The notes under the pieces were generated by a model. It was not told where the DNA came from. It saw only the letters and a list, made by a program, of their open reading frames with translations, and ran no database searches. Positions 17,210 to 26,450 of a stretch of 32,000 nucleotides of DNA are shown in pieces. The stretch is from Puniceicoccales bacterium (GTDB taxonomy: Bacteria > Verrucomicrobiota > Verrucomicrobiia > Opitutales > LL51), in contig JAITBP010000011.1 in NCBI GenBank assembly GCA_031283585.1, forward strand, positions 42,900 through 74,899, given 5' to 3'. A program made the translations under genes and the position numbers. The first letter of the stretch is position 1. Each line of letters begins with the position of its first letter.

Positions 17210-19932
17210 GTTTTTAGTAAATTTAGCGAATCCAATAGGGATTGGAGTTCGGTATGTTTTTTTAGATTTTCTTCGAGTAATTTTTTCGCACCCTCAACTA
17301 TTTGCTGTGGAGCACTGCTAATAAATGCCTTATCGTCCAATTTGGATTGATTTTTTGCTATCAATTGATTGACCTTTTGGATCTCAATTGCGAGTCTCTG
17401 CTTTTCACCGGCCAGATCTATCTGGTTGGCTAGGTCCAGGTACATGGTTCCATCAGGAGTTAAAACAGCCGGCAGATCTAGCCCGGAGTCGGTTTTTATA
17501 ATTTCCTCTGCACCAATGAAATGCCTAATAATTTTGCCATAGTTTGAAATGATGGAGTCATGGCCATCGGCTGGTTTATGGTAAAAAGTTACGTCTTTTT
17601 TGGCGGCCAGTCCATATTTGGCTTTTAGTGCCCGAGATAGTGATATAACTTCTTTAACAATAGAGACTTCCAGTAAAGAATCCTCGTCAAGTTTCAGGCC
17701 CGTGGATTCCAGTCTGGCCAACAGATCAGCCACGGATTCTATCTTCTGGTCATTTATAAATCCGGTTCCATAGCCTGCTGTGTGCCATAACTCCTCTGTT
17801 ATGAACGGGATAAATGGATGCAAAATCAACAGGCATTGCCGCAGGACCAGGTCGTATATGGCAATTACCGATGCCGTCTGGGTTATCTTGGATAGCTCCA
17901 GGTACCAGTCGCAGAAGTCTTTCCAGAAGAATGAGTAGATTATCTGCAAAGCTCGATTAAATTCGTATTTTGCCATGGATTCTTCAAATTCGGTCAAAAT
18001 TCTTAATAATTGGGTCAATAGGGCTCCATCTAGTCGTGAAGTTTCCTTTGGATTTATACGAGAAAAAATCCCTTCAATGGTTTTATCCTGGTTACCTTGA
18101 TTTTCTTGTCTTTCTTCAAGTGTTTGCCTGAACCGGAAGGCATTCCACAGTTTATTGCAAAAATTACGGCCAAACTCTACCCGTTCTTCGAAAAATAAAA
18201 TATCTTGGCCCTGGGGAGCCATGGATAATAGTCCGAATCTTAGCCCATCGGCCCCATATTTTTTGATTAGGTCCAATGGTTCCGGTGAATTCCCAAGGCT
18301 CTTTGACATCTTTCGGCCAAGCTTGTCGCGAATTATGCCGGTGAAGTAAACGTTTGCAAAGGGTATGCGTTCACCTAGCTCGTCGATAGAAAGAGTGTTT
18401 TTATCCTTATCGTCGTTCAGTAGTTCAAGGGAGGCTATGATCATTCTGGCTACCCAGAAAAAAATTATGTCAGGTCCGGTAACCAGGTCGCTGGTAGGGT
18501 AGAAATAGTCGAACCCGTTTGTCTTCATTTTTTCCAGGTCTGGCCAGCCAAAGGTCGCCAGTGGCCATATTGCCGAGGAGAACCAGGTATCTAACACATC
18601 TTCATCCTGTTCCCAATTCTCCCTGTCGCTAGGGCCGGTGAGGGATACATGGATATGGGCCGGATTGTTTCTGTCGTAGCCTTTTCGATACCAAACAGGT
18701 ATCCTGTGTCCCCACCAGAGCTGTCGACTTATACACCAATCCTTGATGTGTTCAAGCCAATGCAGATAGGTTTTTGTCCATCTTTCTGGCCTGAACCTTA
18801 TGAGCCCATTCAAAACCACCGCTTTGGCTTCCTCGATTTTTGGATATTTTAAAAACCATTGCTCGGAAAGCCTTGGCTCGACCGGAACATTTGCCCTTTC
18901 GGAAAATCCTACGTTGCTCAAGTAGGGCTCTTCTTTTATCAGTAGGCCAAGCTCGCCTAATTTCTTCACCGAGATTTCTCTTGCCATGAATCGATCCATG
19001 CCATCAAAATCGCTACCTGCCAGGGAATTTAGCGTACCGTCAGGATTCATTATGTCTAGGAACTCCAGCTGGTGTCTTTGGCCGATTTCAAAATCTATGG
19101 CCGAATGGGCCGGTGTTACTTTCAGTGCGCCGGAACCAAACTCCTGGTCCACGGCTTCATCGGCTATGATCTTTATTTCCGCTTCTTTCAACGGCCTTAG
19201 GCAGGTCTTACCAATTAGTCTGCGATAGCGATTATCCTTTGGATTGACAGCCACGGCCACATCTCCCATAATCGTTTCGGGTCTGGTTGTGGCTACCTGG
19301 ATAAATCCACTGCCATCGGTTAATCTATACTTTATGTGATAAAGCGTGGATTGCTGAGGTTTCACCAGCACTTCTTCGTCACTCAGCGCCGTGAGGCTAA
19401 CCGGGCACCAATTCACCATACGTTTTCCACGATAAATATATCCTCTGTTATATAACTCGACGAAGGCTGTTAACACTGCCTGGCTGTAGGCCGGATCTAG
19501 GGTATGGACCTTGGCATCCCAGGTACATGATACTCCGAGTTTTTTGAGTTGTTCCAATATCAGATTTCCATGCTTATCCCTCCATTCACTGACCCGTTGA
19601 ATGAATTTTTCCCGGCCGATATCATGGCGTGTTTTACCTTCTTTCATCAGCTCTTTTTCAACTTTTACCTGGGTTGCTATGCCGGCGTGGTCGGTGCCAG
19701 GAATCCATAATGCTGACTTTCCAAGTTGCCTAGCGCGTCTAACAAGTACATCCTGCAGAGTATTATTAAGCAGATGACCCATGTGTAATACCCCGGTTAC
19801 GTTGGGTGGTGGCATCAATATACAGAAATGACCCTTTGCATGGTTTATTTTTTTCCTAAAGCAACCTTCCTCTTGCCACCTGACGTACCATTTTTTTTCC
19901 AGATCATCTGGATTGTATGCGGGCTCAATCAT
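17206..19932 (-). CDS. valS: Valyl-tRNA synthetase
   Basis: A 908-aa product with PPPNVTGVLHMGHLL (HIGH region preceded by the conserved PPP), KMSKSLGN, and a C-terminal coiled coil. Confidence 0.95.
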   Translation of the reverse strand: MIEPAYNPDDLEKKWYVRWQEEGCFRKKINHAKGHFCILMPPPNVTGVLHMGHLLNNTLQDVLVRRARQLGKSALWIPGTDHAGIATQVKVEKELMKEGKTRHDIGREKFIQRVSEWRDKHGNLILEQLKKLGVSCTWDAKVHTLDPAYSQAVLTAFVELYNRGYIYRGKRMVNWCPVSLTALSDEEVLVKPQQSTLYHIKYRLTDGSGFIQVATTRPETIMGDVAVAVNPKDNRYRRLIGKTCLRPLKEAEIKIIADEAVDQEFGSGALKVTPAHSAIDFEIGQRHQLEFLDIMNPDGTLNSLAGSDFDGMDRFMAREISVKKLGELGLLIKEEPYLSNVGFSERANVPVEPRLSEQWFLKYPKIEEAKAVVLNGLIRFRPERWTKTYLHWLEHIKDWCISRQLWWGHRIPVWYRKGYDRNNPAHIHVSLTGPSDRENWEQDEDVLDTWFSSAIWPLATFGWPDLEKMKTNGFDYFYPTSDLVTGPDIIFFWVARMIIASLELLNDDKDKNTLSIDELGERIPFANVYFTGIIRDKLGRKMSKSLGNSPEPLDLIKKYGADGLRFGLLSMAPQGQDILFFEERVEFGRNFCNKLWNAFRFRQTLEERQENQGNQDKTIEGIFSRINPKETSRLDGALLTQLLRILTEFEESMAKYEFNRALQIIYSFFWKDFCDWYLELSKITQTASVIAIYDLVLRQCLLILHPFIPFITEELWHTAGYGTGFINDQKIESVADLLARLESTGLKLDEDSLLEVSIVKEVISLSRALKAKYGLAAKKDVTFYHKPADGHDSIISNYGKIIRHFIGAEEIIKTDSGLDLPAVLTPDGTMYLDLANQIDLAGEKQRLAIEIQKVNQLIAKNQSKLDDKAFISSAPQQIVEGAKKLLEENLKKHTELQSLLDSLNLLKT

Positions 19933-20041
19933 TTGTCCTAATACTAGTAATATTTTTTTTAAAATGTCTACATTTCATCCTATTAAGAATGAATGTTTGT
20001 AAAACCTGCTTGACTAATATTTTTTTTTGCTGATGCTGTCT

Positions 20042-20144
20042 AGGCAGGCTGGGAGCTATGCAACTTTAGAGCCGACTAACTCCGCCAGGACTGGAAGGTA
20101 GCAACGGTTGTCAGGTTTGTTGTGTGCTGTAGACTTCCTGGCCT
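20042..20144 (+). ncRNA. ffs: Signal recognition particle RNA (small 4.5S-type)
   Basis: The conserved domain IV core CCAGGACTGGAAGGTAGCAACGG (20086-20108) matches the E. coli 4.5S core CCAGGUCCGGAAGGAAGCAGCC. It has a GGAA tetraloop and AGG/AGCA symmetric-loop residues. Flanking sequences (AGGCAGG... / ...CCTGGCCT) can pair. The ends are approximate. Confidence 0.75.
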
Positions 20145-20281
20145 CTTATGCTTTAGATTGCAAAATAAAAAATTGGTGAAAAATTTTTTATACAGATAAT
20201 GCATGATTAATCTTCTTGACTCTTTATTCGTGTTCGGATTATTTTCAGTTCGTAAACATAATGGAGTGTATATTATAGGTT

Positions 20282-21016
20282 ATGGCAACGAGATTTAGTC
20301 CATTAATACTTATTGTTGAAGATGATGCAGCTTTATCAAAAACCATAGAGAGGCAATTACAATTGGCCGGGATGGAAGCTCAGGCATTTTACAATGCAGC
20401 CGATGCTTTAGGGTTTTTACAAAGATCGTTTTCTAACCTGATGTTACTAGATATAAATCTTCCGGACAAGGATGGTATTTCTCTGCTTAATGAGTTACAA
20501 AAGAAGAAAATTTTTATTCCAACGATTTTTATAACAGGCAGAGACACTCCAGATATTAAGATAAAAGGATTTGATTGTGGAGCCGATGATTTTATCACTA
20601 AACCATTTGATTTGAATGAGTTAATTGCAAGAGTATCGGCTGTTTTACGTAGAAGTGAAAAATCAAGAGACTTGGAAGTCACCGCCAATACGTCTTTGGC
20701 CGATGGAAAGTTCATTTTTTTAAACACAACGGTAGATCCGGCGAGGTTGGAAATAAGGTTTATGAACGGAAGGGTTGAAGTTATAGGGAAGAAGGAATTC
20801 GGAATTATTAGCTGTTTTTATAAAAATCCCAATGCAATCCTGAGTAGAAAAAGCCTGATTCATAGCATATGGGGAAACCATGCCAATGTGAAAAGTAGAT
20901 CATTAGACCAATATGTGGTCAAGGTTAGGCATATTTTTCAAAGAAACGGAGTTTCCACCGGCGACAATATAAAAACCATCCACGGCATTGGGTATATGTA
21001 TACTCCGGAGAAATGA
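20282..21016 (+). CDS. OmpR/PhoB-family response regulator (receiver plus winged-helix), no adjacent kinase
   Basis: Receiver residues are intact: VEDD, LLDINLPD, ITG, KPF. The C-terminal winged helix is EFGIISCF...ILSRKSLI..IWG....SRSLDQYVVKVR...TIHGIGYMY. Confidence 0.85.
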   Translation: MATRFSPLILIVEDDAALSKTIERQLQLAGMEAQAFYNAADALGFLQRSFSNLMLLDINLPDKDGISLLNELQKKKIFIPTIFITGRDTPDIKIKGFDCGADDFITKPFDLNELIARVSAVLRRSEKSRDLEVTANTSLADGKFIFLNTTVDPARLEIRFMNGRVEVIGKKEFGIISCFYKNPNAILSRKSLIHSIWGNHANVKSRSLDQYVVKVRHIFQRNGVSTGDNIKTIHGIGYMYTPEK

Positions 21017-21051
21017 TTGCCAAAAGTTATTACTTTGATAGATAAAAAAGC

Positions 21052-21075
21052 CGGTATCAATTTACCGATTTTTTT
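21052..21075. terminator. Possible bidirectional intrinsic terminator between convergent genes
   Basis: A short stem CGGTA-tcaatt-TACCG is flanked by an A-run upstream (aaaaaag) and a T-run downstream (atttttttg). The stem is only 5 bp, so this is weak. Confidence 0.35.
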
Positions 21076-21131
21076 GTTTTTTTGTTTTTCTGTTCCCCTG
21101 TTTTTTTATCTTTTACCCAATTCCTTCGGCG

Positions 21132-22655
21132 TTAAGCTTGCTGTGTGGTTATAGCTTCTATCCTTTTGCTCAACAGTTTAACTACCACGAACCAGACAAT
21201 GCATATGACCACAAATATAGAAAACGTATAGGGGATTATGGTAAAGAAGCTCGCCTGGGGTATTATCGATAGTAGCGCGGAATTGATCCAGGCGCCACCG
21301 CCTTTACCCATTCTGCCACCGACCACTTCCACCACAGCTTTACCTTTGACCTTCATTTCTTCGTCCAACGGTATGTAGGACATTTCCTTCGTCGGGTCGA
21401 ACAGCGCATATTTGGTAGATTTGGCTATCAAAACAACTGCGGCTCCTAGAAAAACCGATGCCGATAAAGGTGTTAATCCAATGGAACTAAGAACAGTTCC
21501 AAGGCTTGCCACATCTTTGAACAGCACGAAAGTGAAAAACAATGAGCCTATCATCACAAACAACAGCGGAGTTATTATGGCTGCGGTAAACCATTTACAA
21601 ACTCTCAATATGTTGCCCGCAAAGACTATAATAATCATTGATGCGATTCCAGTCCAGAATACGTACTTGCTCATGAAGGAATTAAAAGCGTTGGGATCCT
21701 TATATTGCATACCAACCTGTTTTTTCCATAGGGCCTCCACGAGATTTATGCTGATGCCATAGCACACAACCAAAGCGGCAATCAATCCGATATAAGGAGA
21801 TGTGAATATTATCTTAAAACTCTGAGACAGAGGTATGCTTTTCTTTTTCTTTCCACCGGAGTTACCAGGTAATTCTGGTTTATCGTAGAACCGCTTGTCG
21901 GTCAAGACATTGGTATATATCCAGCGGAAAGTTATCATGGCCAGTATACCGAGCACAACGACTATCCCCATTAGCCAATTCAATGAAATTTGCCAAGGAT
22001 CTACGCCAGGTTTTACCTTATCCTTTATGTTGGAAAAATGCTCACCGACGATGCCTGAAGCCAACACGGCCATCTGGGCCATCAATCCGAAGAACGAATA
22101 CATTCTTTTGGCTTCGGATGTCTTGGTTATTTGGTTCGCAAACTGCCAAAATGAAAGAGATAAAAGCACTCCACCCCACAATTCTGCCAGTATAAAAAAC
22201 AGCACATAGGACCAGTTACCAACTATGGCGATGGGCCAATGAAGGCATTTCGGAGCTGCTTTACGCCAAGCAGTTACAGTTTCCATAGATGGATGAAGTA
22301 TGTCCAAATTTGGATATATCAGATAGGCAAATGCACCAAAAAAAACTATAAAGGGTGTTAGTGAAAAATAAAACAATTTTTCATTGCTCAGAATATTACT
22401 GGCTTTCGCATACAATAGCATGAATATTATGGCCGATGGCACCACACAGAATCCTTTTATAAATGGAATAACCTCGGCATCGGATCCGGGCCCTGTTACT
22501 ATCAAACTATCTTTGATGTTCCGTAGGCAGGTATAGTTGAAGAGGATACAGAAAAAGATCAAGCTCATCGGTAGAGCCTTCTTCAATTCATAGGTATGTA
22601 ATGGAAAAAATATACGTCTTAATTTACTAAACTCTTGTGTTGGTTCTTCTGCCAT
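21132..22655 (-). CDS. Nucleotide transporter NTT / ATP:ADP antiporter (Tlc/Npt family)
   Basis: A 507-aa polytopic membrane protein. Its N-terminus ...FSKLRRIFFPLHTYELKKALPMSLIFFCILFNYTCLRNIKDSLIV is highly characteristic of the chlamydial/rickettsial/plastid ATP/ADP translocase family. Confidence 0.9.
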   Translation of the reverse strand: MAEEPTQEFSKLRRIFFPLHTYELKKALPMSLIFFCILFNYTCLRNIKDSLIVTGPGSDAEVIPFIKGFCVVPSAIIFMLLYAKASNILSNEKLFYFSLTPFIVFFGAFAYLIYPNLDILHPSMETVTAWRKAAPKCLHWPIAIVGNWSYVLFFILAELWGGVLLSLSFWQFANQITKTSEAKRMYSFFGLMAQMAVLASGIVGEHFSNIKDKVKPGVDPWQISLNWLMGIVVVLGILAMITFRWIYTNVLTDKRFYDKPELPGNSGGKKKKSIPLSQSFKIIFTSPYIGLIAALVVCYGISINLVEALWKKQVGMQYKDPNAFNSFMSKYVFWTGIASMIIIVFAGNILRVCKWFTAAIITPLLFVMIGSLFFTFVLFKDVASLGTVLSSIGLTPLSASVFLGAAVVLIAKSTKYALFDPTKEMSYIPLDEEMKVKGKAVVEVVGGRMGKGGGAWINSALLSIIPQASFFTIIPYTFSIFVVICIVWFVVVKLLSKRIEAITTQQA

Positions 22656-22867
22656 ATTTTATTTATTTAAATACACTGTGGATTATTATTGGAGTCATTA
22701 CTCTAAATTATGTTTACAAGCAAATGCAAGCATTTTTAGATTAGATTCAGACATTCTTCTTTTCAACAGATCACTCTAAAATAAGGGTATCATATTTATT
22801 GGAATATTGCAAGCACTAGTATAAAGACAATTGACGTCAGAAATATTTAAATAATAAAGCACCTAGC

Positions 22868-25800
22868 ATGACAAATAAAGATTTCGCTATTTCGGATGCC
22901 AATGAAGCCGTGGCCAGTGTGGCCTATAGATTAAGTGAGTTGATTGCAATCTATCCGATAACACCGTCATCACCGATGGCAGAGTTTTCCGATGAATGGT
23001 CCATGGCTGGCAGGGAAAATATTTTTGGTCAGGTACCTGAGCTGGTCCAGCTCGAATCCGAGGCTGGCGTTGCCGGTTCATTGCATGGGGCGTTGCAATG
23101 TGGAGTGCTATCGACTACCTTTACCGCTTCCCAGGGTTTGCTTCTGATGATTCCGAACATGTATAGGATTGCCGGTGAGCTCATGCCGTTTTGTATGCAT
23201 GTCACAGCAAGAAGCTTAGCTACACATGCCCTGTCGATCTTTGGCGATCATTCCGATGTGATGGCCTGTCGTCAGACTGGATTTGCCCTGCTAGCCTCAG
23301 GTTCGGTTCAGGAAGCTCAGGATTTGGCCTGCATAGCTCAGGCGGCGACTCTGGAATCACGTGTTCCATTTATGCATTTTTTCGATGGCTTTAGGACTTC
23401 CCATGAGATCAATATGTATAGTCCATTGACCGATAGTGACTTACAGAAAATGTTAAACACAGATCTTATAACCGGACACAGAATAAGGTCTCTGTCACCG
23501 GAGAATCCGTTTATAAGAGGTACGGCGCAGAATCCGGATGTATTTTTCCAGGGAAAGGAAGCTTCCAACAGATTTTACAATGCAGTGCCGGGCATAGTGG
23601 ATAAGTATCTGGACAAGCTCCACAGCATAACCGGTAGAAAATACGAACTTTTTCAATATTATGGCGATGACAATCCTGATAGGTTGATAATTTGCCTAGG
23701 ATCCGGTGGTGAAGTGGTTAAAAATGTCGTGGACTTCCTGAATGCCAATGGTAGCCATGTGGGACTGCTCAAGGTCAGATTGTTCAGGCCATTTTCCATT
23801 GAGCATTTTGTCAAGGCCTTACCACAGAGCGTGAAAGCCATCGCGGTGCTGGATAGAACAAAAGAACCTGGGTCTGTTGGTGAGCCACTATACATGGATG
23901 TGGTTTCTGCGATTTCCGAGGCAAAGGCCGATGGTATCATTTCTAAGTCTTTCAACCCTACTGTGATCGGTGGTCGCTATGGCCTGGGCTCGAAGGATTT
24001 TTCACCGGCGATGGCAAGGGCTGTTTTTGATGAGCTCGACCGGGAATTGCCGAAAAAACATTTTTCAATCGGCATAAATGATGATGTAACCCAAAAATCT
24101 TTGCCCTACGACCGAGGCTTTCAATTACCCACCGAAGAGATGTTTGAGGCGGTATTTTTTGGTCTTGGTTCGGATGGTACGGTAGGTGCTAATAAGAACA
24201 CTATCAAAATCATTGGGACCGAGACCGACCGTTTTGTCCAGGCCTATTTCGTCTATGATTCGAAAAAATCCGGGGCCATGACTGTATCTCATCTGCGTTT
24301 TGGTAATCGACCAATAGAGGCACCCTATTTGATAAGTAATGCAAATTTCGTGGCCTGCCATCAATTTTCATTCATCGAAAAATATGACATCCTGAGGTAC
24401 CTGCGTTACGGAGGGATATTGCTGCTGAATGCACCATTTAATAGTGAAAACGTCTGGCCTTCGCTGCCCAGGGAAGTGCAGGAACGGGTTTTTAATAAAA
24501 AAATAAAGCTTTACGCCATAGATGCCTACAATGTGGCCCGTAGATTTGGCATGGGGGGAAGGATAAATACCATAATGCAGACCTGCTTTTTTGCCATTTC
24601 CGGACTGCTGCCCAGGGAGGAAGCTATAGATAAAATAAAGCAATCTATCAGAAAAACTTACGCTAAAAAAGGCGAGCAGATCGTGCAGAAGAATTTCGAT
24701 GCGGTCGATGCCACTTTGGCCCAGCTTTTTGAGGTAAAAGTATGCGGAATATTTAATGGTAAGCCCATGGCCGATGCCAGGGATAGTAAGGCGCCAGCGT
24801 TTGTTAATGATGTAATAGCCAAGATGATAGCTATGCAAGGAGATGATTTGCCGGTCAGTGTGTTTCCGGTGGATGGAACCTGGCCGGTGGGCACATCCAA
24901 ATGGGAAAAACGCTGTATTGCCCAGGAAATACCTTTGTGGAATCCTGCTATTTGCATCCAATGCAATAGATGCTCTTTTGTCTGTCCCCATGCGGCGATT
25001 AGGCCGAAATGTTATGCAAAAAACTTACTTGATGGCCAACCAGTTGGGTTTAAATCAGCGGATTTTCGTTCCAAGGACATGGTTGACCATAGATTTACTA
25101 TCCAGGTTTCACCAGCGGATTGCACTGGCTGCGGGCTATGTTTTGAAGTGTGTCCTGGAAAGGATAGGGCAACCGGTGAAAAGGCGTTGATGATGAACCA
25201 GGTTGAAAGTCTTGGCGGGGCAGAACAAACGAATTATGAGTTCTTTGATAACCTTCCCTATGATAACGGTGACCTGGTGATCTGTGATGTGAAATCCAGC
25301 CAATTTCGACAGCCATTGTTTGAATTTTCCGGAGCCTGTGCTGGTTGCGGTGAAACACCTTATATAAAGTTGTTGACCCAGTTGTTCGGAGATCATGCAG
25401 TCATCGCCAATGCCACCGGCTGTTCGTCAATTTATGGCGGAAACCTGCCTACCACTCCCTATACGACCAATGGCCATGGCTGTGGTCCGGCCTGGGCAAA
25501 TTCTCTATTTGAAGATAATGCTGAGTTTGGGTTTGGCATTCGGGTAGCCATGGATAAAAAGCAGGCCATGGCCAGGGATTTGTTGATGAAAAAATCTTTG
25601 GATTTTGGAGATTCCTTTGTCGATGCATTGATTAATTCGCCGCAAACCAAAAGCTCCGAGCTAGAAGCCCAACGTTCCAGGGTCCTGGAATTGAAACGTA
25701 GATTGATTTCATGCAATGACCTGGAATCAAAGCTACTATTTGATTTGGCTGACAACCTGATTAACAAATCGGTTTGGATCGTTGGTGGCGATGGTTGGGC

Positions 25801-26413
25801 CTATGACATAGGGTATGGAGGTCTTGATCATGTCCTGGCTAGTGGCCGAAATGTCAACGTTTTAGTCCTTGATACTGAGGTCTATTCTAACACCGGAGGC
25901 CAGCAGTCCAAGGCCACACCAATGGGGGCCGTGGCAAAATTTGCTGCCAATGGTAAATCTACATTTAAAAAAGATCTGGGCATGTTAGCCGTCAGCTACG
26001 GAAACATATATGTGGCCCAGGTGGCTTTTGGAGCCAATGATAGCCATGCTGTCAAAGCATTTATCGAGGCCGAATCCTATGATGGGCCATCGATGGTGAT
26101 AGCCTATTGTCATTGCATTGCACATGGGTTTGATATGACAAAAGCCCTTGATCAGCAAAAGAAAGCTGTGGATTCAGGGCATTGGCCGTTGTATAGATTT
26201 GATCCAAGAAGGATCAGCCAGGGTAAGGCTGCCTTCAGTTTGGATTCAAAATCTCCAAAAATCTCTCTGGCCGAATATATGCAAGGTGAAATGAGATTTA
26301 ATCTTCTTAGTCGCGATAATAAGGAAAAGGCTGATGAACTTCTCAAGGAAGCCGAGGAAAGAATTGCCAAAAAATATAGACTTTTTGAAATGCTGTCTTC
26401 GTTTATTGGCTGA
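22868..26413 (+). CDS. nifJ: Pyruvate:ferredoxin (flavodoxin) oxidoreductase, single-chain
   Basis: At 1181 aa the length is typical. Two ferredoxin-type clusters are present (CIQCNRCSFVCPHAAIRP and CTGCGLCFEVCP), plus the TPP domain GGDGWAYDIGYGGLDH and CAGCGETPY. Confidence 0.95.
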   Translation: MTNKDFAISDANEAVASVAYRLSELIAIYPITPSSPMAEFSDEWSMAGRENIFGQVPELVQLESEAGVAGSLHGALQCGVLSTTFTASQGLLLMIPNMYRIAGELMPFCMHVTARSLATHALSIFGDHSDVMACRQTGFALLASGSVQEAQDLACIAQAATLESRVPFMHFFDGFRTSHEINMYSPLTDSDLQKMLNTDLITGHRIRSLSPENPFIRGTAQNPDVFFQGKEASNRFYNAVPGIVDKYLDKLHSITGRKYELFQYYGDDNPDRLIICLGSGGEVVKNVVDFLNANGSHVGLLKVRLFRPFSIEHFVKALPQSVKAIAVLDRTKEPGSVGEPLYMDVVSAISEAKADGIISKSFNPTVIGGRYGLGSKDFSPAMARAVFDELDRELPKKHFSIGINDDVTQKSLPYDRGFQLPTEEMFEAVFFGLGSDGTVGANKNTIKIIGTETDRFVQAYFVYDSKKSGAMTVSHLRFGNRPIEAPYLISNANFVACHQFSFIEKYDILRYLRYGGILLLNAPFNSENVWPSLPREVQERVFNKKIKLYAIDAYNVARRFGMGGRINTIMQTCFFAISGLLPREEAIDKIKQSIRKTYAKKGEQIVQKNFDAVDATLAQLFEVKVCGIFNGKPMADARDSKAPAFVNDVIAKMIAMQGDDLPVSVFPVDGTWPVGTSKWEKRCIAQEIPLWNPAICIQCNRCSFVCPHAAIRPKCYAKNLLDGQPVGFKSADFRSKDMVDHRFTIQVSPADCTGCGLCFEVCPGKDRATGEKALMMNQVESLGGAEQTNYEFFDNLPYDNGDLVICDVKSSQFRQPLFEFSGACAGCGETPYIKLLTQLFGDHAVIANATGCSSIYGGNLPTTPYTTNGHGCGPAWANSLFEDNAEFGFGIRVAMDKKQAMARDLLMKKSLDFGDSFVDALINSPQTKSSELEAQRSRVLELKRRLISCNDLESKLLFDLADNLINKSVWIVGGDGWAYDIGYGGLDHVLASGRNVNVLVLDTEVYSNTGGQQSKATPMGAVAKFAANGKSTFKKDLGMLAVSYGNIYVAQVAFGANDSHAVKAFIEAESYDGPSMVIAYCHCIAHGFDMTKALDQQKKAVDSGHWPLYRFDPRRISQGKAAFSLDSKSPKISLAEYMQGEMRFNLLSRDNKEKADELLKEAEERIAKKYRLFEMLSSFIG

Positions 26414-26450
26414 ATTCTGATTCTGCTGGGCCAGGAGATCGATCATCCTA

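Noticed and set aside
20165-20191. 10-bp all-A/T inverted repeat ATAAAAAATT-N7-AATTTTTTAT downstream of SRP RNA
   Set aside because: An A/T-only stem is thermodynamically weak as an intrinsic terminator. It could be a chance feature of AT-rich spacer DNA.
20261-20278. 5-codon upstream ORF (ATG GAG TGT ATA TTA TAG) ending 3 nt before the response-regulator ATG
   Set aside because: It is too short to evaluate and shows no evidence of conservation or an attenuator structure. It is likely fortuitous.
22832-22839. Perfect 8-bp palindrome TGACGTCA (CRE-like) 29 nt upstream of the PFOR start
   Set aside because: An 8-bp palindrome in an AT-rich 212-nt intergenic region can occur by chance. It does not match the FNR or CRP consensus spacing, and it may simply overlap a TTGACG -35 element.
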